64,000 nt of DNA from a virus: the IMG/VR virus record IMGVR_UViG_3300024496_000012. One strand, 5' to 3'. The notes under the pieces are model-generated. The model ran no database searches and was not told the DNA's origin. It worked only from the letters and a program-made list of their open reading frames with translations. How positions within the stretch are numbered: position 1 is the stretch's first letter; the number at the start of each line of letters is the position of its first letter. Both the position numbers and the translations under genes were made by a program. This document shows, piece by piece, positions 35,883-44,560 of the stretch.

Positions 35883-36088
35883 AAAGATCTTGGGAAGTTA
35901 CTGTAGAACATGATGAAACCACTGGAAACTATTATATACAACTTCCAGAAGAGGCTATAAAGGCCAGTGGTCTTGAAATCGGAGATTCTTTTTATTGGAG
36001 TGATAATGGCGATGGGTCTTACACCTTGATAAAAGAGGACTTGACAACTTTTATAAAAAAAGGTATAATAAAGAATGAGCAAGATTAA
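35879..36088 (+). CDS. AbrB/MazE-like DNA-binding protein
   Basis: IQLPEEAIKASGLEIGD...W...DGSYTL. Confidence 0.6.
   Translation: MKRSWEVTVEHDETTGNYYIQLPEEAIKASGLEIGDSFYWSDNGDGSYTLIKEDLTTFIKKGIIKNEQD
36041..36069 (+). promoter_or_regulatory. Perfect-consensus sigma70 promoter upstream of queE
   Basis: TTGACA-17 nt-TATAAT, ending 5 nt before the ATG. Confidence 0.8.
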
Positions 36089-36929
36089 GATAGCAGAACT
36101 ATTCTATTCAATCCAAGGCGAAGGACGATATATGGGTGTACCGTCCGTCTTCTTACGTACATTTGGCTGTAACTTTAAGTGTGCCGGCTTTGGTATGCCT
36201 AAAGGAGAACTAAGCAATGAAGTTGAATCCATTGCAGAACGTATTACAGAGTTTAAGTCGTACCAAGAACTACCGCTTGTTAGCACAGGTTGTGATAGTT
36301 ACGCTAGTTGGGATCCTCGTTTTAAAGATCTCAGCCCAATGCTTACAAGCGATGGTATTGCAGAACGTATCTGTGAAATCCTTCCGTTTGGAGAGTGGCG
36401 GGATGAACACTTGGTAATCACCGGTGGCGAACCTTTGTTAGGTTGGCAACGTGCATATCCGGATTTACTGCGTCATCCTAAGATGGCAGGTCTTAAAGAA
36501 ATCACTTTTGAAACTAATGGTACTCAACCTATCAGTGAAGATTTTAAAGAGTACTTGCTAGAATGGCTCATGCCTCATCCAGATTACACAAGAGAAATCA
36601 CTTTTAGTGTAAGTGCTAAACTCAGTTGTTCAGGTGAAAGCAGGGACGAAGCCATCCGTCCAGAGATCGTTTGCGAATATGAAAACTGGGGTTATACATA
36701 TCTTAAGTTTGTAGTGGCCACAGAAGAAGATGCAGAAGAAGCGATTGAAACAGCAGACATCTATCGTGCAGAAGGGTTTACTGGTCCTATATATTTGATG
36801 CCTGTAGGTGGTGTGGAAAGCGTTTATACATTAAATAATCGCCGAGTAGCGGAACTAGCAATGAAGAACGGACTTCGCTATTCAGATCGCCTACAGGTAC
36901 CTTTGTTTAAAAATGAATGGGGTACTTAA
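36075..36929 (+). CDS. queE: 7-carboxy-7-deazaguanine synthase (radical SAM)
   Basis: ELFYSIQGEG, FLRTFGCNFKC, CDS, VITGGEPL, FETNGT, SAKL, YLKFVV, RLQ. Confidence 0.88.
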   Translation: MSKIKIAELFYSIQGEGRYMGVPSVFLRTFGCNFKCAGFGMPKGELSNEVESIAERITEFKSYQELPLVSTGCDSYASWDPRFKDLSPMLTSDGIAERICEILPFGEWRDEHLVITGGEPLLGWQRAYPDLLRHPKMAGLKEITFETNGTQPISEDFKEYLLEWLMPHPDYTREITFSVSAKLSCSGESRDEAIRPEIVCEYENWGYTYLKFVVATEEDAEEAIETADIYRAEGFTGPIYLMPVGGVESVYTLNNRRVAELAMKNGLRYSDRLQVPLFKNEWGT

Positions 36930-37369
36930 TGAAAAAATTTATAAAGAAAATGATGGGTTTGGACAAACTAGAAGAGTCCATAGCCAAAGCAGAAAAAGAT
37001 CTAGCTGAAGCCAATAAAAGATTGGAAGAATCAGAAAAAGCACAGAAGGCCGCTCTAGAACAAGAAGAACTGGCCAAACTCAACCCAAAAGACCGTGCTA
37101 CTCGTAAGAAAGAACCATGGGTCGGTGTATTAAATACACATATAAATAAGGATAATATCCGTAATGGATTCTTTGAACTTGACTGGAACGAGTACTTTGT
37201 GCTAAAATTAAAGCAAGAAGGTTACGGTGCAGACGGTGACAAAGAAGAAGAAATCGTCGATCGTTGGTTCCGTGAGCTTTGTGCTAACGTCGTAGTAGAC
37301 GGTGATTACGGTGGTCCTTTGGAAACTGGGACTTTGGACATACAGACGGTGATTAAGAACAACAAATGA
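36929..37369 (+). CDS. Hypothetical protein
   Basis: TAATG coupling. Confidence 0.7.
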   Translation: MKKFIKKMMGLDKLEESIAKAEKDLAEANKRLEESEKAQKAALEQEELAKLNPKDRATRKKEPWVGVLNTHINKDNIRNGFFELDWNEYFVLKLKQEGYGADGDKEEEIVDRWFRELCANVVVDGDYGGPLETGTLDIQTVIKNNK

Positions 37370-38373
37370 CCTACATTCTAGTAGATACTGCTAACACGTT
37401 CTTTCGTGCAAGGCACGTAATCAACGGTGATGCCGATATTAAGCTCGGTATGGCCTTCCATATAACCCTAAACTCTATTAGAAAAGCATGGAGAGACTTC
37501 GGTGGCTCACATGTTATCTTCTGTTTAGAAGGTCGTAGCTGGCGTAAAGACTACTACGAGCCGTATAAACGCAATCGTGCAGAAGCTCGTGCCGCACATA
37601 CTGTGAAAGAAGCAGAAGAAGATACTATCTTTTGGGAAGCCTTTGATAAGTTTAAAGAGTTTGTGTCTGCTAATACTAACTGTACCGTGATACAAAATCC
37701 TAGATTAGAAGCTGACGATCTTATCGCTGGCTGGATTCAGAATCATCCGCATGATAATCATGTCATTATTTCTACAGACAGCGATTTTGAACAACTTATC
37801 GCCCCTAATGTCAAGCAATACAATGGCATCACTGAAACAACCATAACACACGAGGGCTATTTTGATTCCAAAGGTAGTAAGGTCAAGGATAAAAAGACAG
37901 GCCAAGACAAGGCCGCTCCTGATCCGCAATGGTTACTTTTCGAGAAGTGTATACGAGGTGACACATCCGACAATGTGTTTAGTGCTTACCCAGGTGTGCG
38001 TACAAAGGGGACCAAAAATAAAGTTGGTCTCATGGAAGCGTTTGAAGACCGTAAGGCCAAGGGATTCGCTTGGAACAACCTTATGCTCCAACGATGGACC
38101 GACCACGAAGGCAAAGAACACAGAGTCTTAGAAGACTATGAGCGTAATCGTCGTCTGATCGACTTGAGTTATCAACCAGAAGACATTAAAGAGATTATCA
38201 ATGAGACAATCCATAATGCTGTAACTGCAAATAAGAATGTCAGCCAGGTTGGTATTAGGCTGATGAAGTTTTGCAGTCTATATGATTTAAAAAAGATCGC
38301 AGATCAGGCACAGAGCTACGCCGATCCGTTAAATGCGAGGTACAACTATGAAACTAATGCCATGCCAGTATGA
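37366..38373 (+). CDS. T4 RNase H-like 5'-3' exonuclease
   Basis: LVDTAN, EGRSWRK, YKRNR, EADD, STDSD, GDTSDN. Confidence 0.9.
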   Translation: MTYILVDTANTFFRARHVINGDADIKLGMAFHITLNSIRKAWRDFGGSHVIFCLEGRSWRKDYYEPYKRNRAEARAAHTVKEAEEDTIFWEAFDKFKEFVSANTNCTVIQNPRLEADDLIAGWIQNHPHDNHVIISTDSDFEQLIAPNVKQYNGITETTITHEGYFDSKGSKVKDKKTGQDKAAPDPQWLLFEKCIRGDTSDNVFSAYPGVRTKGTKNKVGLMEAFEDRKAKGFAWNNLMLQRWTDHEGKEHRVLEDYERNRRLIDLSYQPEDIKEIINETIHNAVTANKNVSQVGIRLMKFCSLYDLKKIADQAQSYADPLNARYNYETNAMPV

Positions 38374-38413
38374 TAACACATGCCAGGATAGCAAAACTTG
38401 TGGAGGACCGACT

Positions 38414-38890
38414 GTGAAAGATTTATATGCAAAACCAATCATTAAAGATAAATTCTGGATCATCGAGAAAGATGGAAGTCGTTATGCCACTCTAAGAAAG
38501 AACGAAGACAATCGTTTTGTTATGAGTAACGAAACAGGTGTTCAAATCTACGACAATAAAGAAAGTCTAACACGCCAGTTCGGTAAAAACTTTTTTGTGG
38601 CGAAGATAGTTAAGGAATCCGAGACTGCCAAGCCATTAGAGGTGCATGGCTATCCTAGTAGCACATCACCTCACAATGCCATGTTCGATATTAAAAAGAA
38701 ACTTCCTTTGTTTACCAAGAGCGAAGACAGTAAAAGTCTTTACTGTGCCGGCTATTATGTGATTCGATTCGACAAAGGATGGGTTAAGAGCTTCTGTCCT
38801 AAAATGATTACCTTACAAAGGTACGAGTTCCGAGGACCTTATAAAACCGACATTGAAATGAAACAGGTACTGTCAAGTGTCTCAAAATAA
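38414..38890 (+). CDS. Hypothetical protein
   Basis: GGAGGA SD before GTG 38414 (track start 38333). Confidence 0.65.
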   Translation: MKDLYAKPIIKDKFWIIEKDGSRYATLRKNEDNRFVMSNETGVQIYDNKESLTRQFGKNFFVAKIVKESETAKPLEVHGYPSSTSPHNAMFDIKKKLPLFTKSEDSKSLYCAGYYVIRFDKGWVKSFCPKMITLQRYEFRGPYKTDIEMKQVLSSVSK

Positions 38891-39125
38891 ACTACCAACT
38901 ACTCTTCCTACTATAGAAAAGCTAATACAGCGTGTAGTATCTGCTGAAAAGACACAACAAAAAGACATACGCATATCTATAGATGAGGCTAGACTACTAA
39001 CAGCTGAATTGGCTATACTAACCTCTAGATTAGGTTCTACTGTTACCGAAATACACCAAATATTAGGTGAAATAAAAGAAACTACCGCATTAATCGACGT
39101 AAAGTTCGACGGCGGTAGCTTCTAA
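38877..39125 (+). CDS. Hypothetical protein
   Basis: Coupled ORF. Confidence 0.6.
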   Translation: MSQNKLPTTLPTIEKLIQRVVSAEKTQQKDIRISIDEARLLTAELAILTSRLGSTVTEIHQILGEIKETTALIDVKFDGGSF

Positions 39126-39129
39126 AAGG

Positions 39130-39166
39130 TATAAATATATACGTGGTTTATTAGGAACACGTATAT
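39130..39166 (+). promoter_or_regulatory. TATAAATA late promoter followed by a 9-bp hairpin enclosing the SD
   Basis: ATATACGTG (39137-45) / CACGTATAT (39158-66). Confidence 0.65.
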
Positions 39167-39167
39167 T

Positions 39168-39452
39168 ATGAGCAGACCAAAACCTAAGATACTCTTAGAG
39201 TACGCTAACAAGGAAACATATAAAATAGAGCAGATCCTTGACAGCGAAGCTATCTGGGCAGTATTCTATAAAGGCCAACCATTCAACCTTAAGAGTGGTA
39301 GCTTGGTCGCAAGTTATCCCGGACCCAAATATAAAAAGGTTTCATTTAGTAATCCAGGACATGCGATCAACTTGGCTAAAAAACTTAATCGACTTTTTAA
39401 GACTAAAGATTTCGAAGTCTTTAAGTTAACATCTGGTGAAAAGGTAGGATAA
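39168..39452 (+). CDS. Hypothetical protein
   Basis: MSRPKPKILLE...PGPKYKKVSFSNPGHA. Confidence 0.75.
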   Translation: MSRPKPKILLEYANKETYKIEQILDSEAIWAVFYKGQPFNLKSGSLVASYPGPKYKKVSFSNPGHAINLAKKLNRLFKTKDFEVFKLTSGEKVG

Positions 39453-39453
39453 G

Positions 39454-39855
39454 ATGGATCTCAAGGATGCCTACACCAAGGTGTTCTTACAGGCAGCAGA
39501 TCAAGAGGCTACAGAAGAAAAAATAAAAGCCTTCAAACCCATTTGGTGGTGGAACATCCGACAAAAAAATCAAGGCGGACTACGTCTAACAGATCAGGCC
39601 TTGCATTTCATTGAAGAAGAAGCTAAAATAAAAACATACAGTATAGAACTTCCCAAGGATTTTTCAGTAACTCCGCAAGTTCTAGTTTGGCTGGACAAGT
39701 TTATCGATTCACCGTTTTACATAACTAAAAGGAAGATCATAGTGTTAAAAGAAAAAGCAGCATTTGAGCTTTATCTCTTTAGTGGTGATATAAGAAAAAT
39801 GGGCTACAATAAAGCACTATCATCTCGTCTAAGCCAAGATTCAGTACCTCAATAA
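39454..39855 (+). CDS. Hypothetical protein
   Basis: Coupled ORF. Confidence 0.7.
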   Translation: MDLKDAYTKVFLQAADQEATEEKIKAFKPIWWWNIRQKNQGGLRLTDQALHFIEEEAKIKTYSIELPKDFSVTPQVLVWLDKFIDSPFYITKRKIIVLKEKAAFELYLFSGDIRKMGYNKALSSRLSQDSVPQ

Positions 39856-39879
39856 ACTGACCATATAAATATTCACGTT

Positions 39880-40155
39880 ATGTTCGATCTTAATCCTATC
39901 GATGTGTTAAAGAAAAGAAAGCTAAACTTTCTTCCACTCCATTTTTCTAAACTAAAGATCAATGAAGGTGACCTGTTTGAAGGAAACATTCAAGAATGGA
40001 TCCAAAACAAACTAAAAGGAAGATACGCTATCACTAGAACACCATCATTAGATAAAGATGGAAATATGAAAACAGCCACTTTTGTGGCGTTTGAAGACCA
40101 GAAAGAGCTAACATACTTTATGTTGGCATGCCCACACTTAAGGAGAAACCAATGA
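39880..40155 (+). CDS. Hypothetical protein
   Basis: TATAAATA at 39864-39871 directly upstream, no SD. Confidence 0.65.
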   Translation: MFDLNPIDVLKKRKLNFLPLHFSKLKINEGDLFEGNIQEWIQNKLKGRYAITRTPSLDKDGNMKTATFVAFEDQKELTYFMLACPHLRRNQ

Positions 40156-40379
40156 CAGAAGAAGTACAAAACCCAGAAGTTCCTGCAGGCTCACAGCCCG
40201 AGGCACCTCAACAACCAGCTGGTCCTGACCTTAACGTCAGCGATCTAGTAGCAGTAAAGAGTATCATCGAAATAGCATCACAAAGAGGAGCGTTCAAAGC
40301 AAATGAACTAGAAGCAGTCGGTAAAACTTTCAATAAGCTGAATACCTTTCTAGAATCAGTTGCTAAAAAGGAGGCTTAA
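40152..40379 (+). CDS. Hypothetical protein
   Basis: AAGGAG SD before ATG 40152. Confidence 0.7.
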   Translation: MTEEVQNPEVPAGSQPEAPQQPAGPDLNVSDLVAVKSIIEIASQRGAFKANELEAVGKTFNKLNTFLESVAKKEA

Positions 40380-40380
40380 A

Positions 40381-41022
40381 ATGGCTGCAAGTTTAAAACA
40401 CATCGGAAAGATCAAGAACACAGGAATGAAAGTTCTTGTTGCTTTCCGTACTATCCCAGGTGATTCTCACATGTCCCTGGTTATTCCTACAGCAACGTTA
40501 CCTGATGCCTATCATGACAGCATCATGACTCTTGTCGAAACAGATCAAGCACAAGAATCGTTCGAGTTTGGTGAAATCTTACACATCCGTAGATTTCCAG
40601 ACGGGCGTCCTATGTTGCAGGCTCTGAGTCAAGACGGTCGTATGCAACGTGTCACTACTGATAATGTTATTATGACCCCTACTATCAATGCCGAAGTAGC
40701 ATTGGACGAATTAAACAATCTTATCGCAGAGCAGAAAAACTGTACTATCGATGACTTGTGTAACTTTGTCGCAGGAGCTCCTAACGCCAAAGCTAAAGAA
40801 GAAGTTCAAGAAGTAGCAAAGGTCAAGGATATGTCGGAGCCAACGACATCGGCTCCATTAAAGGCCAAGGATAATGAAGTATTGTCAGACGGTGATCTAG
40901 CTAAGAGTTATCGCAGCCAAGCTGATGCACTATACAAAGAAGCAGCTCGACTACGTAAGCAAGCAGATGAACTTGATCCGCCAAAGAAAAAAGTTAAAGC
41001 AGCTGAAGTAGAAAGTGCCTAA
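40381..41022 (+). CDS. Hypothetical protein
   Basis: GGAGG SD before ATG 40381. Confidence 0.7.
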   Translation: MAASLKHIGKIKNTGMKVLVAFRTIPGDSHMSLVIPTATLPDAYHDSIMTLVETDQAQESFEFGEILHIRRFPDGRPMLQALSQDGRMQRVTTDNVIMTPTINAEVALDELNNLIAEQKNCTIDDLCNFVAGAPNAKAKEEVQEVAKVKDMSEPTTSAPLKAKDNEVLSDGDLAKSYRSQADALYKEAARLRKQADELDPPKKKVKAAEVESA

Positions 41023-41320
41023 ACCTTTGTTTAAACCGCCAAGACATCTCGTTAAAGAGTGGCCGGAGGTATTCGAAGACCTTTATATGAATACTATGCC
41101 GGTTGCATATCTAGAAATGATGCACATCGAGTTCCACGATGGACGGATATGGCGTATAGATATAAAAGAACAGCTCAGGGACAGTGATGCCGATTCTATA
41201 GCTTCTCAACTTCTCGAAACCATGCAAGAATATAAAGATGATATCAAGAAGTTAGATTTTAAAATCGATGTCACAAAACTAAAAGAAGATATTAGGAATT
41301 CTACTAAAGATATTTTCTAG
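41015..41320 (+). CDS. Hypothetical protein
   Basis: Coupled ORF. Confidence 0.65.
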   Translation: MPKPLFKPPRHLVKEWPEVFEDLYMNTMPVAYLEMMHIEFHDGRIWRIDIKEQLRDSDADSIASQLLETMQEYKDDIKKLDFKIDVTKLKEDIRNSTKDIF

Positions 41321-42527
41321 TATTTCCGTAATGTATCACTGTGTGGGCCGGTGACTCATACGTTCTCCAAGGATCGATAACAATCGATCCTTTTTCTATT
41401 TTACAATAGAGATTTTGATTTTCTTCGAAACCTCTATAGTCATAGGTAATCTTTCTATTATGTGCTAATAGCACAACACCATAACAGCCTTGTATGTCAT
41501 CGCCTGTTAGAGGATCGATGTACGTAGGCTTATGCCCCAGTTCTTCGCAGTAGTGACCAATCAATAAACTATAGCTTCCATCACAATACGGAACATCTGG
41601 CTTATAGGCCTTACCGTGTATAAAGATGCTCATCTTATTTTTTTCAGCATGTCTCACAAGCTCTTGGGCTAGATTTTTAGCCTGTATTTCTCTAGCATTC
41701 ATTATGGCATCAAATAAATCGTATCCTAAATCTAGGTTCTTTGCCATATATCTTAGAGCTATATTATCTCTCGGATGACAGGCACCGCCGTCTCCCATGC
41801 CTGCCTTCATATATTGTGGTCCCATGATACGCATAGTGCTCTTTGCCAATGCGTCAGTTACTACATCTACATTGATATTTCCCTGCTTGACGGCAACATC
41901 TTGTATCATGTTGACTAGGCCAATCTTGGCACTAATAAATGTGTTATAGAATACTTTGATACATTCACATTCATCCCATGTACCGATAACATACCGAGGA
42001 TCATTTTCCATGACTGTTTTGTAAAACTCGACCAACTCTTTTGCATCTCCTGTTTCGGTACCGTCCTCGGTTCCAATCATGACCATTTCAGGATTAACCA
42101 TATCCCATGCTACACTGCCCATAGCGATTAGATATGGGTTATAAACAAACCGTGTATTGGTAATATGTTGGATGAACTCTCTACGTGTGGTGCCCGGAAG
42201 TACCGTAGATATAAGAACCAACAACTGATTTTTATTCATGTACTTGTTGGCTTCTTTAAGACATTCTATAACTGTGTCATATCTAAAATCTTTTGGTTCG
42301 AGATGCGCTGTAGGACTACGGCCATCATAGTCAGGATCATGCGGAGTAGGAACTGCGATAAAAACTATATCTGCATTTTTAACACATTCTTCAATACTAG
42401 GTACTACCTTGATTAACTCACTAGATCTTTCAGATATATCATAGCCAAAAACTGTATAACCTTTTTTGGCAACTTCCTCTGCGCAAGGCAAACCTAACTT
42501 GCCTATACCAATAAAACCAATTTGCAT
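41304..42527 (-). CDS. UDP-glucose/GDP-mannose 6-dehydrogenase family, full length
   Basis: GFIGIGKLG, AVPTP, STVLPGT, GGACHPRD, AYKP; start moved to ATG 42527 with GAGG SD. Confidence 0.9.
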   Translation of the reverse strand: MQIGFIGIGKLGLPCAEEVAKKGYTVFGYDISERSSELIKVVPSIEECVKNADIVFIAVPTPHDPDYDGRSPTAHLEPKDFRYDTVIECLKEANKYMNKNQLLVLISTVLPGTTRREFIQHITNTRFVYNPYLIAMGSVAWDMVNPEMVMIGTEDGTETGDAKELVEFYKTVMENDPRYVIGTWDECECIKVFYNTFISAKIGLVNMIQDVAVKQGNINVDVVTDALAKSTMRIMGPQYMKAGMGDGGACHPRDNIALRYMAKNLDLGYDLFDAIMNAREIQAKNLAQELVRHAEKNKMSIFIHGKAYKPDVPYCDGSYSLLIGHYCEELGHKPTYIDPLTGDDIQGCYGVVLLAHNRKITYDYRGFEENQNLYCKIEKGSIVIDPWRTYESPAHTVIHYGNTRKYL

Positions 42528-42538
42528 TTTCACCTCGA

Positions 42539-42562
42539 TAAATAATAGCAGCACATTATTTA
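42539..42562. promoter_or_regulatory. Face-to-face TAAATA promoters forming an 8-bp inverted repeat
   Basis: TAAATAAT (42539-46) / ATTATTTA (42555-62) between divergent genes. Confidence 0.55.
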
Positions 42563-42575
42563 GTGGAGTATTTTT

Positions 42576-43079
42576 TTGTATAAGCAAGGTTTGATAGAAC
42601 CGTTTTGGGGTACGCATCATAGATATTTGGATTATCAAAGAGAACCATTTAACTGCTATGAAGACATCCAACTGTGGCGTTCTCAAGGATATTCTCAAAA
42701 TCATTTCACTGGTCTTTTGTATGACATGAAATCAGTCATGCCTACATGGACTGAAAAGTTTTTAACACTATTCGAAGGACAGAATCAAGGCTTGAGTTTC
42801 TACAAGATGGAGACCTGCAATGTACTTCCAACACATAAAGATACCTATAGCCTATACAAAAAAATATTCAACATAACAGATAATAACTCAATATGGCGAG
42901 CAATAATTTTCTTAGAGGACTGGAAACCAGGCCATGTATTTGAGATTGAAGGTGATCCTATTACCAAATGGAAAGCAGGAGAATATGTCTTATGGCAATA
43001 CGATGCAGCACATATGGCTGCTAATCTCGGATTAGAACCTCGATACACAGCACAGATAACATTCACTCATGTTCAATAA
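42576..43079 (+). CDS. 2OG-Fe(II) dioxygenase-like protein
   Basis: HKD...H facial triad, RxxxQIT end motif. Confidence 0.65.
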   Translation: MYKQGLIEPFWGTHHRYLDYQREPFNCYEDIQLWRSQGYSQNHFTGLLYDMKSVMPTWTEKFLTLFEGQNQGLSFYKMETCNVLPTHKDTYSLYKKIFNITDNNSIWRAIIFLEDWKPGHVFEIEGDPITKWKAGEYVLWQYDAAHMAANLGLEPRYTAQITFTHVQ

Positions 43080-43659
43080 GATCGCAGACTTTGAAAACGC
43101 TTTATCGGAGTTTACTGGTGCTCCGTTTGTAATCACTACTGATTGCTGTACACATGCTATCGAACTATGCTTTAGATATAAAAAAGTAAAAACGACCGAG
43201 TTTACCTGTTTTACATATCTCTCTATACCTATGACCATGAAAAAACTTAATATAGAGTATAAACAGATTCCAGAAAAATGGGCAGGCGAATATAGATTTT
43301 ATGGTACAGACATATGGGATAGTGCCAGAAGGTTGCAACCCGGAATGTACATGCCTGGTATGATGCAATGCCTTAGTTTTGGTTACTCTAAACCTTTAGA
43401 CATCGGCAGAGGCGGAGCGATATTATTAGACAACTATGATGATTATAAGTCATTGTCTATGATGAGATATGATGGGAGAGATTTATCTATCTCTCCATGG
43501 CAGTCACAAAAAGAGTTTACTTTAGGATTTCATTATAAACTCAATCCAGAAGAATGCATAAAAGGTATTGAAAAACTGGAAGAATATAAGAATAATAAAA
43601 ACTTCAACATAGCATTTGTAGAATATCCAGATTGCAGAGATATAAAAATAAATGATTAG
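43069..43659 (+). CDS. DegT/DnrJ/EryC1/StrS PLP aminotransferase, minimal form
   Basis: CCTHAIEL, IWDSA, SFGYSKPLDIGRGGAIL with PLP Lys. Confidence 0.8.
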   Translation: MFNKIADFENALSEFTGAPFVITTDCCTHAIELCFRYKKVKTTEFTCFTYLSIPMTMKKLNIEYKQIPEKWAGEYRFYGTDIWDSARRLQPGMYMPGMMQCLSFGYSKPLDIGRGGAILLDNYDDYKSLSMMRYDGRDLSISPWQSQKEFTLGFHYKLNPEECIKGIEKLEEYKNNKNFNIAFVEYPDCRDIKIND

Positions 43660-44560
43660 ATCTTACAACGAATGGGACCCGTTACAGGAAGTAATACTTG
43701 GAACGGCAACAAATGCACACTGGCCAGTAAGTTGTCCTGCATTTAGAAATCTAGAAAATATCACTGCATGGAAAGAAACTCCCGTTCCGTCTGGTTGTGT
43801 AGAACAAAGAATAGTAGACGAAACTAACGAAGATCTAGAAAATTTTAAACAAACATTAGAGTCTCTTTCTGTGAAAGTACATAGGCCCAAGGATTTAGAT
43901 TTCCAATCATTTGACGGTATGTATAACTATTGCCCAAGAGACAGAGTGTTAATAATAGGCGATAAAGCAATAGATGCTCCAATGTTATATCCCACGAGAA
44001 CAAAAGAAATAGATGCCATTGATCATTTGTTAGATAACGTTTTACATGTAGATGATGATACCGCAAAGTTTGATGCAGCTAACATATGTAGACTAAACGA
44101 TGATATTTTATATCTAATCAGTGAAAGCGGTAATAGAAATGGTGCTGTATGGTTAGAAAAAATATTTCCAACTCATAGAATACATATACTAGATAACATA
44201 TACAGCGGAGTACACATCGACAGTACCATATCTCCTATAAGAGAAGGACTAGTCGTCCTTAATGCTGATCGAATAAATGAAAGTAATCTTCCGTCAGTTT
44301 TTAAATCCTGGGATAAAATATGGGTCAGCGGAGATGATATAGTTCCGCAAGGATTTGAAGGTTATCCTTACGCCAGCAAATACATAGCTTTAAATTTTTT
44401 AACTATAAATCCTTATTTGATAATCTGCGATCCTAAACAGAGTTATCTCAGAAGACTGCTTTCTAAATATAATGTTGAAAGCATAGGTGTCGAACTTAGA
44501 CACAGTCGTACACTAGGGGGAGGTCATCATTGTGTTACACTTGATTTGGTCCGAGGATGA
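43652..44560 (+). CDS. Amidinotransferase (StrB1/AGAT family)
   Basis: SYNEWDPLQEVILG, CPRD, FDAAN, HID, GGGHHCVTLDL. Confidence 0.9.
   Translation: MIRSYNEWDPLQEVILGTATNAHWPVSCPAFRNLENITAWKETPVPSGCVEQRIVDETNEDLENFKQTLESLSVKVHRPKDLDFQSFDGMYNYCPRDRVLIIGDKAIDAPMLYPTRTKEIDAIDHLLDNVLHVDDDTAKFDAANICRLNDDILYLISESGNRNGAVWLEKIFPTHRIHILDNIYSGVHIDSTISPIREGLVVLNADRINESNLPSVFKSWDKIWVSGDDIVPQGFEGYPYASKYIALNFLTINPYLIICDPKQSYLRRLLSKYNVESIGVELRHSRTLGGGHHCVTLDLVRG

Noticed and set aside
42528-42704. Track-predicted N-terminal extension of the sugar dehydrogenase (also phoH 6215-6343 and polB 22294-22323)
   Set aside because: The extensions run through promoters or divergent genes; downstream ATGs have SD sequences and match family N-termini.
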